A stretch of DNA of 64,000 bases from the NCBI GenBank assembly GCA_016748015.1, contig JAAOMT010000302.1, positions 372,001 through 436,000 of the forward strand, given 5' to 3'. This stretch comes from Geosiphon pyriformis uo1. Its lineage: Eukaryota > Fungi > Glomeromycota. Shown piece after piece: positions 1-14,369 of this stretch. Under the pieces are notes generated by a model. It saw nothing but the letters and a program-made list of their open reading frames with translations. It was not told the DNA's origin and did no database searches. The translations under genes and the position numbers were made by a program. Numbering within the stretch: the stretch's first letter is position 1; each line of letters starts with the position of its first letter.

Positions 1-169
1 ATAATATAATTTAGCATACAACTCTTTTTATATAAATTTATAATTATATATTAAACAAAAATTATGTATAATTTATATATAATTAAAAAAAATTCTTTTT
101 TTTTCTTATTTTTATAACTATAATTAAAACAAAGAGTAAAATAGTTTTAAAAATTATTTTTTTTTTAAT

Positions 170-730
170 AATTAATAAAGTTTTAAAGATTTTGGTTAAG
201 TTTTTTGTATAATAAACAGAGATTTAATGATAATTAATTAACAATATTTGATGTTTAACTTTTTAGTATAATAACCAGTTTAATTTAATAAATGTATTTT
301 TTTGATAAGTAATTTTTACTATTTAATCTATGCTCTATCTTAATATTTTTTATCAAGTAATTTTTAATATTGTAATCTTAGTGTTTTTTTAATTAATTTT
401 AATAAACACAATAAACAAAATAAAAAAAATAAAAAAATTAGTATTTTGTTAATAATTGTAATTAAAAACTATTGTTTTAATATGATTAAGTAATAATAAT
501 AATATAAATTAAATAATAATTAATGATTTTATTAATAAGTAAATAATTTTATTTTAAGTAATAAAAAATAGAAAAGATTAAGTCTTGGATTTTTGTTGGT
601 TTTTTTATTTTATTTTAACTATTATATATATATAATCTTTATTATATAAAATTTTTTAAAATCTTTAAATTTTTTTATGAAAATTTCTGGAATTTTGGAA
701 TTTTTTTATTATTATGCCTATTTCTAATTT
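170..730 (-). repeat. 3' LTR of element 1 (truncated; PPT and LTR start deleted)
   Basis: Similar to 9927-10764 (TATATATA box, GAATT array, AAAACTCAACCAAAA-like motif on rc); joins ORF3 sequence directly at ~730. Confidence 0.75.
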
Positions 731-3700
731 TTCAAATTAAACATTGGTAATTTTTTTTACTAATTAATTGTTACTGTATTTATTACTAAATATAGTAGTA
801 TTTTTAAATAATTTTAAAATTCTGTTTGTAATTAGTAGATAGCTCTTATATATATAATTAAGTTATATTTTTTCATAAATTATTTTATTTGTTATAATAT
901 AATTAAATCAAATATTTGCTTGGTTTTATTAATATACAAGTTTTGAATATTTAACTGTTTTTTTAAGTAGTAATAATAAAAGTTCTTAAAAAATTGTGTT
1001 TATTGATTTCAATTTTTTTTTGGTTATTTTTTAGTATACTGCAGTTATTATTAAATCTTTTAATATTGTTTTTACTTTTTTCATTATTTTATCTATTATA
1101 TTTTTGAATAATAGATGTACTTAATACTATAAATTATTCTAAAATTTTTGTTTTTTTTCTGTGTCTTTGTATTAAATAGATTATTAATTGTAATTTTTAT
1201 ATTTAACTTCTAATATTTTATAAACTAAAACAATTATTGTGTTAGAAAATGAATATTGTCAGTAATTTTTATTTTTTATTTTTTTTTTGTTATATATACT
1301 GGTCTTTATATAATTTTGGTTGGTTTGATTTATATGTTTGCTTTAATAATTATAATTAATTCCAAATTTTGTGGAATTTTATCTGATTTAATTAATATTC
1401 TTTGTATTTTAATTGTAGAATATTATTGATAAATAATAATATTTGGTTGTAATATAATTTAAGTTAATTATTATGTATTATTTTGGTTAAAATTTTATTA
1501 TTCTATTTTAATTTATATGTTTTATTTTCTAGAATTTTTTTAATATGAAATAGATTGTTTTATTTGAGATTAAATTTTCTATTTTATTGTTTTTTTGTTT
1601 TTATGTAATTTAAAAGTACTTTGTCTTTAATTTTGAATTTAATTGGTTTATTTGGTAATTAATTATTATGTTGTTTTTTTTGTAATTTTTAAATATTATT
1701 AACTGTTTTTTTTTGTTTATTTTTTAGTGTTCTTATTAAGTTATATGTTTTTTGTAACAATATTGCTTAAAAATTAGCTTTTGTTATTAGTTTAACTAAA
1801 TATATCTGAATATTTATCTTAATTAATAGTGTTGTTATTCTACTATAAATTAATTTAAATAGTATTGCTTAAATTATATCTTGTTTTATTGTTTGATAAG
1901 CAAATAATACTAATACTATAAACAAATTTTATTTATTTTGATTTTTTTGGCTGATTTTGGCTATTACTTTACACAATATTTTGTTAAATTTTTTGACTAA
2001 GTCATTTATTTAAAAATAATATAATGATAAAAATGAGTTTTTTATCCCAAATTTTTGACTTAATTCTGTTAGAATTCTGTTTACAAAGTAAGTTTTCTGG
2101 TCTAATAATAATTTTTTTAAATATTTATGATGACAAATTAGTTTTTGGTGCACAAATTCTGCTATTGTTTTTGTATTGGCTCTTTGAATGGCTTTAATTT
2201 TTGGCTATTTGGTCAAATAATCTATTACTACTACTATATATTTATTGCTTTTGCTGGTAATTATTAATAATTTTATTAAATTAATTTTAATCCAATTAAA
2301 TAGTTGTTTTATTTTAATTAGTTTTAGTAATTTACTAAATTTTTTTTTTTTTTTTTTAATAAACATCACAATTTTAAATATATTAAATAATATTTAAATA
2401 TATTAATAGCCAGTAGTATTATTTTCTGAAATGTGGCTTCTTTATAAAAATATTTTGCTATTAATTTTAAGTATATGTTAAATAGTATTGTTTTTTTTCT
2501 GGTTTTGTGATTATTTTAAGTGACTAATTTAATTTTTTTTTGTTTTTCTAATATAGTATATTTTAGTAAATAATAAAATATTTTAATTGTTGTTTTATAT
2601 TGTTTTGTTTATTTTAAGATAATTTTTCTTTAAACTGTTGAGTATTAATATAATATTAAAGTTGTTGATATTTTTGTATATTTATTTTTTGACTTATTTT
2701 TGTTGTTAAAATATTTTTAAATTCGTTTTATTTTGGATAAACTATTAATATTTCTATTTTTTTTTTTATAATATACTGTATAATTAAATAGTGATAATTC
2801 TATTTTTTATCTTGTATAGTAATTGTTTTCAAATTTTTGCTTTTAAATTAATGTCAATTTTTTGTAATCTGTATAGATATTAAATTTTTGACTTAAATAT
2901 TTTTTCTATTTTATTATAGTTCAATAAATAATTAAGTATTCTAATATTAAAGTATTATAATTTTTTTTGGCTAAACTTAAACTTTGGCTAATATATATCA
3001 TTAAATATTCTTATTTATTAAATTTTTTTTATAATAGAACTGTTTTTAATGTTTGGTCTAATATAGTTGTTGTAATAATAAATGGTTTATTATGATTTAA
3101 ATAAATTAATAGTAGAATTTGAACAAGTTTTTTTCTTAATATATTAAAAGTTTTTGTTATTATTTAGTTTATTTATATTTTGTGTTTTTTGTTTAAAGTT
3201 AATAAAGTAGTTAAGCCAGTTTAAAAAAGTTGTGAATAAAATAGCAGTAGTATTTAACAAATTTCAGAAATATTCTTAGTTCTATAAGATTTATTAATAC
3301 TAAAAAATTTTTAACTTTCTCAATTTTGTCTAAATCTGTTTTAATATTATCTTTATTAATAATATGTTCAAAAAATTTGAGCTTTGTTTTTTTAAAAAAA
3401 CATTTAGTTATATTTAACTTTAATTTGGCTTTTTTTAATCTTTTAAATACTTGTTGAAAATAATGGAGATAATTATTAAATGTTTAGAAAAATACATTTA
3501 TGTTATTTAAATATACAATTATTAATTTCTATAGTATTTTTATATAAACAATTTTTATTAACTATTAGAAAGTAATTAATATATTAATTAAGTCAAAAGA
3601 CATAATATTAAATTTAAAGTTATTTTTTTTGTGATAAATGCTGTTTTTTTTATTATTTAAGTTTATGACTATTTGTTAATAATCATTATCTAAGTTCAAT

Positions 3701-3805
3701 ATTAAAAACTATTTTTTTTTGCCAAAAACATTAAATAATTTCTAAATATATAATTTAAGTAGTTGTTATACTAAATAATACTATTAAGTTTTCTGTAGTT
3801 TATAC

Positions 3806-4525
3806 TATTATAAATAATTATTTGAAGTGTTAAAACAAATAACAAATTTATAATTTGGTATTCAATAGCTGTTAATAATAATAGTTCTGAAGATTTTGAA
3901 GTTTAAAAATTTTGGTTGAGTTTTTTGTATAATAGACAGAGATTTAATTAATAGTTTTTTTTGTGAATTTTTTTTTTTAATGTAATAACCAATTTATTTT
4001 GGCAGTTATGCTCTTTTGATAAGCTATTTTTAAGTTTTTTACTCTTGTTTTTAGATTTTTTACCAAACTATTCTTGACATCAATAACTCAGTACTTAATC
4101 TTTTTAATTAATTAATAACAATAAAAAAATAAAAATAAAAAAAAATAAAAAATTAGCATCTTATTAATAGCTATAATCAAGAGCTATTGGTTCAGTATAA
4201 TTAAATATTGGATTCTATCAATATAAATAGTTAATAATATGAAAGTAATTAATATTTTTTAATTAAGTAATGATAACATAGATTTAAATTATAATAAATA
4301 TTTTATTGATATGAATATAATTTCACTTCAAGTTATAAAAAACTATTTTTTAAAATATTTTAAAGTATCTGTATTACTTTTTTTTGCTTTTAATACTCTC
4401 ACTATATATATATAATTTGTGTTATACAAGATTCCTTGAAATTTTGGAATTTTTTTTTCTATTATGCTTATTTCTGATTGGTTATTTTATCTATTTATTA
4501 TAATTCTTAATTTCTATAAATAACA
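3806..4525 (-). mobile_element. Solo LTR (family A) nested in RT of element 1
   Basis: rc termini TGTTATTT...TATAATA (decayed TG..CA); 4-bp TSD ATAC/ACAC; RT frame (..FCV|NYRKLN) resumes across it. Confidence 0.9.
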
Positions 4526-5229
4526 ACACAAAAACAGATTTTTTTATTTTTTTTTCTAATCAGTATTACTAATAATAACTATAGACTTATGAATAGTTGA
4601 ATTAAATCATGATTTAATATTTAATTGATTTTTTAATAAATAAATTCATGACTGGCAGATAATACTTAATATGCTTTCTATTTAATTAATATTATATTTT
4701 TTGTTTTTATTTATTGCTAAATAATATCAGTTTTTTTAAATTTGTTTTGGCTTACAAAAATTTCTGCAAAATTATTAAACAATAGTTTAATTTGTATTTA
4801 TTAAAATAAATTCAGATTTTTTAAGTTTATTTTTTTCAACTATTTTGGTTGTAATAAATAATATTTTGTTTTTTACAAATAGTTTATAATATAATATTCA
4901 CATATTTACAAAGTTATAAAAAGTCTAAAATAGTAGTTGGTAGTTGATTTTTTACTTTAATATTTAAGTATTCAATATTAAATTAACTGATATTTCTATT
5001 GAATTTTTTATTATGTTGTAGATTAAAATTTTAATGTGTTTGTAGTAAATACAGATTAGTAATACTAATTTTTTTTAACTTATAAATAATTAATTTTACT
5101 TTAAAAATTTGTAGTTGATTTTTAAATTTTCTGGCTATTTTTAATATATATTAGTCATATAATAAAATAAAAATTAATTAATTAATAGAAATAATTTTTC
5201 TCTGATTACTTGGTTTTTTTATTATATTT

Positions 5230-5640
5230 ATTAATATGTTATTTTTCTCAATTAATTTAAACTTATTAATTTCTTTTGTTATTATCTCTAATTTTTTTTT
5301 TGTTTTTACTAATACTAACTAAGCTATTTTAACTAAAAATACAAATATTGTCTGTGCTATTTTTTTATTGAGTTTAATAATATATGTTTTTTTTTATTTA
5401 TTTTGTAGTATTGTAATAATATTTTTTACATATTCTATATTATTTATTTTTTTCTTATATTAATTATTTTTTTTATTAAATTAAATTTAAAAGTTAATTA
5501 ATCTATTATTATTGTTAAAATTTTTAATGCTATTTTTAAATCTATGTAAATACATAAGTTAAATTTCAACATAATAGTATTTTTTTGAATATCTTAGATC
5601 AAATTCTATATTAGTATTATATATATTCTAATATAGTATT
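5230..5640 (-). pseudogene. Decayed dUTPase domain of element 1
   Basis: rc matches 20870-21265 (e.g. AATATAGAATTTGATCTAAGATATTC, motif-1 region; ATAGCACAGACAATATT, IAQTI). Confidence 0.8.
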
Positions 5641-8447
5641 TTCATTATTGTTACTAAACTATTTAAGTTTTTACTTTATTAAAAGATTTGGAAATATAAT
5701 ATATTATTCTGAATTTAAATTAGAATTGAAATTATTGTTTTTATTATTATTGTAAATGATATTAAAATTATTATTATTATTATTATTAGAGTTAAAATCA
5801 GAATTGATTTCTGATTTCAATTTTTATACATATCTGTTAATTGGTTTTTTTTTAGATATTAAATAAATTATATAAGATAATAAATTATAAACAATATTAT
5901 AATTATCACAATATTTGAAATAATATATAATTAGACAATATTTATATAGTTTTGTATTTAAATATTTCAGTTATTGTTTTTGTTTTTCTTATATAAAGAC
6001 AAATTCTTGGTAATATTCCTAAAATGTTTTTGAATTATTTATAAATAGATTATTCATTTTTTTAATAATTACAGAAGTATTTTTAATAACATGTATTTTT
6101 TTAATAGTTGTATTTTTTTATTTTATTGTAGTTATTTTCTAGATTTTATTTTCATTATATAAATATATATTAAGTTGATTAATTGTTTAACTATAAGTAA
6201 CAATAAATAAAATTTCTTTGTATGTTTAATTGTTAATTAAGATAATATATTATCAAAATTTATTATATGTTTTTTTTTATCAGAAATATTATTCCATAAT
6301 TTTTTATTAAATAAAGTTTTTTTACATATAAAACATGATATGTTATTTTATTTGTTTTATTATTTTAGTTATTAAAATTGTTTTAATACATATAAGTAAT
6401 AATAATACTTAATTGCAGTTGATTATACTTTATATTTTTTATATAAATATTTATAAATAATAGTTTCTTGTTATAATTAACACTAATTAATTTTGGTGAA
6501 CAATAAGATTGATTTCTTTAATTTGTTGATACATAAACAAAAATTGATGCTTATGGCTCTTTTTCAGCTTTTTTTTGTCTTTTTTTTCTATGTAAGTACA
6601 AAAGTAATTTATTGTAATTTTTTTCTATTCAAAAAACTTAATAGACTTTTTAAGTAAGTTTTTTCTTTTTTTTAATTTAATTAATAGCTAATTGTTAATA
6701 ATAGTTTTAAAATGTTTACAGATAGTAAGTATTCAATTATGTTGACTATCAAATATTAGTTAAAGCTTTTAAGTATTTTAATTAAGTATAATATTAATCT
6801 TGGATAGCCAATTATTATTAATAAGTGTTTAATATTATATAATTTCTATAATAAGAACTCTAATAGGTGTAATAATAATATTAACTTCAAAAAAAAAGTT
6901 GTTAATTTTGTTAATTAAAGTTTTTATTGCTTTATTAATAGTAATAATACATATATTGACAATTTTGTTAATTTACCAATTTAATTGGTTTATAAATTGC
7001 TTTGTAATAATTCTATCTGTTAAATTACTATCAAATATAAGTTTAATAAATTGGCTATTAATTTTGACATTAATATATATAGCCATAATTAGTTTTTCTG
7101 TATTGAGAATGATTCTACTAAATATAGAATTGGAAGCATCTTCTTTTAAGATAAAAAATAATAATATAGTAAGTAAATTGTCTTTAGTAATAATAGCAAA
7201 TAAAATATTATTAAATTTATTAAGTTGAATAGTTTTTAGTTTATTGAATGGAGCATTTTTTGGTGTAGTTAAAAGGCTTAAATAGCTTTGAGAATTCGAG
7301 TTTTACAAATATCTACTTTTTGAATTCCTTGGATGTAATTTTAAAAACTGGCTCTAATTATTGAAAATTAATTAATGTATCATTATAATTAATTTCTAAT
7401 TTTGTTATGTGTACATTATTTGTGGTTTTTGAATTTTGGCTGGTGTTAAAATTTGGAAGTACAACTGTAATTATTAGAATAATATTCAAAATAGAGACTA
7501 ATAAATAATTAAAAACTATAGTATTTAATATATTGATAATATATATATAAATTGCTATATTACTTGTTAATATTATGATTAATATTAATATTGTTTTTGA
7601 TGTTACATCAATTTTAGAGTTTAAAACCAGTAATTAAAATTTTTATATTAATTTTTTAATTATTGGTTATTTATTTTAAATTGGTAATTTTCTTATATAT
7701 GTCTTTGTTTTTTATAGTAATGACTATACAGATCTTTAATTATTATAACTAATTTTATGTAAAACATATTTGATTTTAAAAATAATTTTCTTGAATATTA
7801 TAATATTGCAAAAAAGCTTGCTTAAAGACATTAAAGTTTTATGAGTTATTAACCAAGCTTTAATATTATAAATTAGTAGTATTTTAAAGAAAGTATAAAA
7901 TAACTTGAAAAACTTAAATGTTATCTCAACTATTAGCTCTAATGACTTTGGCTATATTATTTAGCCAAGCTTGAACATTATTTTTTTGCCAGTAAACTTT
8001 TCTAATTTGGCAATTAATATGTAAATTATTAGTGTTAAAAATATATTTATAAGTTGTTAAAGTTGATAAAAAACAGCTATTAAAACTATAAATAGTAGAT
8101 TAATCTGATAATTTGGAAGTAAGTTTTGTGAAATAATTAGAATAAAGTTTAAATTGTTTGGATTTATTAAATTTGAACAGTCAAAGTTTAAATAATTTTA
8201 GAAGTTTAAATTTTTGGTGTATTTAAAATCGAATTTTTATTGTTGTTTTTTTGATTATTATTAATTTTTTTTTTAAATTGGTATTTTTTCTATTATTAGT
8301 AAATTTAAAATTAGATTATAATAGTAGTAATTAAAGTTTTAATAGAATAATTAGTCACAATTTAAATTTTTTAAAATAATTACTATAAATTTTTAAGAGT
8401 TTAGATTTCTCTTAATTGTTTGAAAATAATACTTAAGCTTTAAGTAT

Positions 8448-9378
8448 TGTTACAGATAATTATTTGGGATGTTGGTACAAATAACAAATCTGTAATTTGG
8501 TGTTTAATAACTGATAATAGTGATAATATCTGAAGATTTTGGTAATCTGAAGATTTTGGTTGAGTTTTTTGTATAATAAACAGAGATTTAATAATTGTTT
8601 TAGTATTCTTCTAGAAGTTTATTCCATAAATTTTTTTCTTCAGCATGGTGGTTAATTTATTCTGACAGTTGTGTTTTTCTGGTAAGCTATTCTCAATTTT
8701 ATGAATTCTCTATTCTTGTTTTACAGGTTTTTTATTAGGCTATTCTTAACATCAAAATTACTTAGTGCTTAATTTCTTTAATCAGTTAATAAGTTAACAA
8801 AACAAAATAAAAAAATAAAATAAAATAAAAATAAAAAAAACAAAAGAAAATGAAAAGAAAAATAAAAAATTAGTATTTTGTTAATAGCCATAATTAAAAG
8901 CTATTAGTTCAATATAGTTAAGTATTAGATTTTATTAATATAAAGTGTTGATAGAATAAAAACAATTAATATTTTTTAATTATATGACAATAATATAGAT
9001 TTAAGTGATAATTGATATTTTATTAATATGTGATTTAATTTTATTTCAAATTGTAAAAAACTACTTTTTGAAAGAAGAGATATAAGATAATTAATAGATT
9101 GTGGTTATTAATTCTGAAATAAATTCTGTCTTTTTTGTTTCTAATATTTTTGCTATATATATATAATTAATATTATATAAGATTTCTTAAATTTTTTTAA
9201 TTTTTCTAGCCAAAAATCCTGGAATTTTTGGAATTTTATAATTTTTTAAGAGGAATTCTGTAATTTTTAAAATCTTGTAATTTCTTGAAAAAAATCCTGA
9301 AATTTCTTTCTTATTATGTTTATCTCTAATTGGCTATTTTATATCTTTATTATAAATTTCTAAATTTTTTAAGTAATA
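8448..9378 (-). mobile_element. Solo LTR (family A) nested in the 5' gag region of element 1
   Basis: TGTTACA at 8448 and AAGTAATA ending 9378; TSD GTAT/GTGT; host sequence resumes. Confidence 0.88.
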
Positions 9379-9926
9379 GTGTCTTTGTAATAAATAATAA
9401 TATAAATCTAATTAATATATTAATAATGCTTCTGAGTATATAGTAATATAACAGATTAATAGATAAAATAACTTTTTATTTTTTTCAAATAAATAATTGA
9501 ATTTGCTTTAGTGTTTTTGTAAATATTTGTAGTTTGCTTTTTTTTTGTTTATAAAAATAATTAAAAATTTCTGTCAAATATAGTTTTTAATTTCATAATT
9601 TATTTCAGTAAATAGCAAAACAAAATTATAATTTTAAAATAAACTAATAGGTTATAGTAATTTACTATAAAAGTTTTTATTAGCAGATTTAAAATTCTCT
9701 TAATTTTTTAAATAATATATAATTCTTTTGTTAACATAAAAATTGAAAACTGATTTGGCTGGCCAATAATTATTTGTCAATTCAAAATAAGTTTGGTAGT
9801 GTTAAAATAAAAATTTTGTAAATTTTAAATAATTTTCTTCTATAATTTTTTGGTTTGCTACTTTTCTAAATAATTGTTAATAGTGCTTTGTTCTTTGCTA
9901 AATTATATCTTACAAAAAACACCAAA

Positions 9927-10764
9927 TATTATCAATAATTATTTAGGTATTGGAATAATAACAAACTCATAATTTGGTTTTAGATTAATAATTATAATAA
10001 TAAGTTCTAAAGGTTTTTGTAATCTGAAAATTTTAGTTAAGTTTTTTATATAATAAATAAAAATTTAATAATAACTAGTTAATAACACTTGGTATTTAAC
10101 TTTTCAACATAAAAATTAATTTATTTTGGTAAATATATTTTTGTAATAAGTAATTTTTATTATTCAACCTATACTTTGTTTTGGTATTTTTTATCAAATA
10201 ATTTTTAATATTGTAATTTTAATGCTTTTTTTAATTAATTTTAGTAAACACAACAAACAAAATTAAAAAAATTAAAAAAATTAAAAAATTAAAATTTTGT
10301 TAATAGTCATAATTAAGAGTTATTGTTCTAATATAATTAAATATTAATTATTATTAACATAAATTGTTAATGTGGCAAGAAATAGTAATTAATTTAATTA
10401 AGTAAAAATAATAATACAAATTAAGTAATAATTAATAATTTTATTAATAAGTAAAAAATTCTATGTCAAATAATAGCAAATTAACTTTTAAAATAAATAA
10501 AAAGTAGAAAAAATTAAGTTTTGAATTCTTGTTTTTTTTTTTTTTTACTTTTATTGCTATATATATATAATTTTTATTATACAAAATTTCTTGAAATTCA
10601 TAAAATTTTTTTTATGAAAATTTTGAAAATTCTAAAATTTTGTAATTTTTACTAAAAATATTTCTGAAATTTTAGTTAAAAAAAATTCTGAAATTCTTAT
10701 TTTATTATGTTTATTTTTAATTGATTATTTATTTAACTTATTATTTTTTATTATAAAAATAATA
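9927..10764 (-). repeat. 5' LTR of element 1
   Basis: Adjacent to PBS remnant; shares subfamily-specific segments with 170-730. Confidence 0.85.
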
Positions 10765-12200
10765 TTATTTTTATTATTAATATTAATACTATTATTTTAT
10801 AAATAACCAAAAAAACTAAAGAATTAAAAAAACAACAACAGTTTTTTGTGTTTGCTATTGTTATACCAAACTCTTTTGCAATTCCAAATAAGATTTTAAA
10901 TAAGAGTTTTTAGTTACAATTAGCTTTTTTTTTAATATAAATAATAACAATAATAGTATATTTTCTAAGATAAACTAAGATTAATTATTGGTTGTATTGT
11001 TAAATAAAGTGTTTTTTAATAGATTATTGTCAATTTTAGAAACAAAAAAACCTATTTGGTTATTTGATCTTAAAAATTAAACAGATTAAATAAAAACTAA
11101 ATTAATCTCTGCTTTTTTGTTTTTTGGTATTGTCTTTAATAATACTTAGAAAATAATTTTTAGTTGTTAAAAGTTCTTTAAATAAATAACTTATATTCTA
11201 ATTTTTGGTGCTATTTTTAAAATTAAACTGGTCTTAATTATTTTTTGTTTTATTTGTTGTCTGGTTTTGTTAAACTTAAATTAATTTCTAAAGATAATAT
11301 TAAGTTGTTTTGTATAAATTTTGCATTTGAGATTTTTTGATTGCTTTTATTAATATTGTTATTAGTAATTCTTTTTTTTTAATTTTACTTAAGATTGCAA
11401 AATCTTTTGTGATAGCTTTTAATTCTTTTTTTTTATTTCTGTTGTATTCTATAATGATTTTTTTTGGCATATTTTTTAATAATATTAAAAATGTTTTTAG
11501 TGTTTTTAATATAGTTATTTTAGTAAAATTAAAGCCTATTAACTTGTAACAATATGCCATAATAATTTTTAAGAACTTCTTTTCTGCTGCTGCTGTTTTT
11601 GTTAATTGGTTTGTGTTAGTAAAAAAAAACAGTATTCAGATTTTTTTTCTTAATCAAAAAAAGATTATTATTTTAAGAGATTTTTTTAAAGCCAAATTGA
11701 TTAAATTTTTTTGTTATGTATTGTTTTTAAAATTAATAATATGATTTTTTAAATTGGTAGTTATATCTGTTTTATTTTCTATTTTTCTAATTTTTATTAT
11801 TATTAATACTTTACTGTTATTATTTTTAAGTTTAATAAAATACTAAACTTATTATAGTAAAAATTGATATTTTGTACAAATATTATATTTAATAAAAAAC
11901 TTTTGAATGCTGTTGTTATTACAAATATCAAAGTTTGAATTATTTGTTTGCTAAATACAAAGTGTTTTCATTTTTTCTAAGTTATTTTCTAAGTTTATTA
12001 TTGGCTTTAAGTTTTTTGTGTTTTTTTTTGCTAATAAAAAATTTTATGCTAAAATATCTATTTTTAGCTTTTTTGTTCTAATATAGTGTTGTTTTAACTG
12101 GTTTAAATGACTAATTACATATAAAAAATACATGATTTTATATCTAGTTTAGATTATTTAGTTTAATATATTGTATTAGTATATGTTTAAGTCTCATTTA
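10765..12200. other. Unidentified degenerate, formerly coding-like repeat remnant
   Basis: CpG-free, strand-biased, with residual ORF 11300-11560(-); no match to the Gypsy or LINE families in this window. Confidence 0.3.
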
Positions 12201-13127
12201 TTAAATATAATAAAAAAATATATATATAATTATTTATTTATGTTAATTAAAACTATTTATATTATAATAATAAATTTTTTATTGGTTATTATATTCAAAA
12301 ATTTTACATAAAAAATGCTTAAATTATATATTATTAAAAATAATATTTATATGTTTATAATATATAAATAACTTAATTATGTATTATAATTTTAATTATT
12401 ATTTATAATAAATTAATTTTAATTTGTTTTTAATTATTTTTATTAAGTTTTTTTGAGTTTTTTTATATTTATATTTATTTTTGTATTTAGTATTCAATTT
12501 TTTTTAATATAATTTTTTTACTTTTTATTTTATTGTTTTTATTATATATACAGCTTTTTTTAATAATTATAATATTAGATTTAATTTATATTTTGTTATA
12601 TTAATTAATATTTATTTATAATTAGTTTATATTTTTTAATATTAATTCAAATTTTTATAAAATTAAATATTTTTTAAGAATATAAGTTTTTTTTGTATAG
12701 TTTTTTTATATTTAAATATATAAATTAAATTTTTTATCTTATTATATTTTGAATTATTAATATTAAAATAATTTTGTTATACAGTTTTTTTTAATAATTT
12801 ATATAATAATTTTATTATATAAGTTTTACTTTTGAATACTGCTTTATTTATTAGTTTAAATTTTATATTTTTATTAAAATATTATATTAATATTGTTTAT
12901 TTTAACTTTTTAAAAATTTTACATAATTTTAAAAATTTTTATTTTAAACATTAATATTATATAATTTTTTATTATATAAAATATTATTATAGTTATTAAA
13001 CAAAATTTAATTATAAAACTAAATTAAATTTACCAATTTATTAACTTTTACATTATTTAATATTTTTTTATTTAATCTATTATTAAACTTTTTTAATAAT
13101 ATTATTATTAATTTTTTTTTAATATAT

Positions 13128-14368
13128 TGTTACTTATAGAAAATTAGAAATTATAATAAGTAGATAAAATAGCCAATTAGAAATAGGTGTAGTAAAAAGA
13201 GGAATTACAAGATTCCAAAATTTTAGGATTCTTTTCAAAAAATTGTAGAATTGCAAATTTTTAGAATTTTAGAATTTTTTTAAAAAAATTAAAGAAATTT
13301 AAAAAATTTTGTTATAATAAAAATTATGTATATATAGTAGTAGTATCAAAAACAAAAAAAATAGTTAATCAGATTAGTTTAAAACAATAATACTTTTTCC
13401 TTTAAAAGATAGTTTTCTATAACTTAAAGTGAAATCATATTCATATCAATAAAATTATCTATTATTATCCAATTTATATTATTATTACTTAATTAAGAAA
13501 TATTAATTATTTTTATACTATCAACAATTCATATTGATAAAATTCAATATTTAACTATACTGGATTAATAGCTCTTAATTATAGTTATTAATGGAATACT
13601 AATTTCTTATTTTTTTATTTTTATTTTTTTTGTTGTTTACTAATTGATTAAAAAAATTAAGCACTGAATAATTAATGTTAAGAATAGCCTGGTAAAAAAT
13701 TCAGAAACAAGAGTAAAAAACTTAAAGATAACTTATCAAAAAAGCACAACTGCCAAAATAAACTGGCCACTATACTGGAAAAAAAAATTTATGAAAAAAA
13801 ACCATCAATTAAATTTTTGTCTATTATACAAAAAACTTAACCAAAACCTTCAAAAACTATTATCATCAATAGCTATTGAGCACCAAGTTACAGATTTGTT
13901 ATTTGTTCTAACATTTCAAATAATTATTTATAATATTTGGTGTTTTTTATAAGATATAATCTAACAAAAAACCAACACCATTATCCAGAACAATAGCAGA
14001 ATTAGAAGTAATAGGGACAAATCACTTGGAATTCATAAAAGTTTTATTTTAATATTATTAAACTCACTTTGAATTGACAAGTAACTATTGGTCAACAGAA
14101 TTAGCTTTTAATTTTTACATCAACAAAAAAATTAAATTCTATTTGAAAAACCAAAGAAATCCAAAAGCCACTTTTAAAAATTTCTATAGTAAATTACTTC
14201 AAAGCACCACACTTCTACAAAATTATTTGTTTATCTCATTAATTATAGAAATAAATAAAAAAATTAAGAGTTATACTTATAAAAATTTTTTTATTATCTT
14301 TACAAACAAAAATAAAGAAAAATTACAAACTTCAGCAAGAATACCAAAAAAATACAACTGCTTACTTG
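13128..14368 (+). mobile_element. Truncated family A Gypsy element 2: 5' LTR (13128-13935), PBS and start of gag
   Basis: TGTTACTT start; PBS TTTGGTGTTTTTTATAAG at 13936; ORF 14074-14415 (NYWSTELAFNFYINKKI) is homologous to ~17450-17740; abruptly fused to LINE sequence at ~14370. Confidence 0.88.
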
Positions 14369-14369
14369 G

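Larger units (their letters stand above)
170..10764 (-). mobile_element. Degenerate near-full-length Ty3/Gypsy LTR retrotransposon (family A, dUTPase-bearing), element 1
   Basis: Reverse complement is colinear with element 3 (16464-26006): 5' LTR 9927-10764, PBS remnant 9911-9926 (rc TTTGGTGTTTTTTGTA), gag ~7740-8040, protease ~6720-7070, dUTPase ~5230-5640, RT (YLDD decayed to YLNN ~3500), RNase H, integrase ~1480-2520, ORF3 remnant ~730-1300, truncated 3' LTR ~170-730. Many stops. Confidence 0.9.

Noticed and set aside
6899-7228. Hydrophobic 109-aa membrane protein
   Set aside because: Antisense to the decayed protease region; the I/L/N/F content reflects AT richness.
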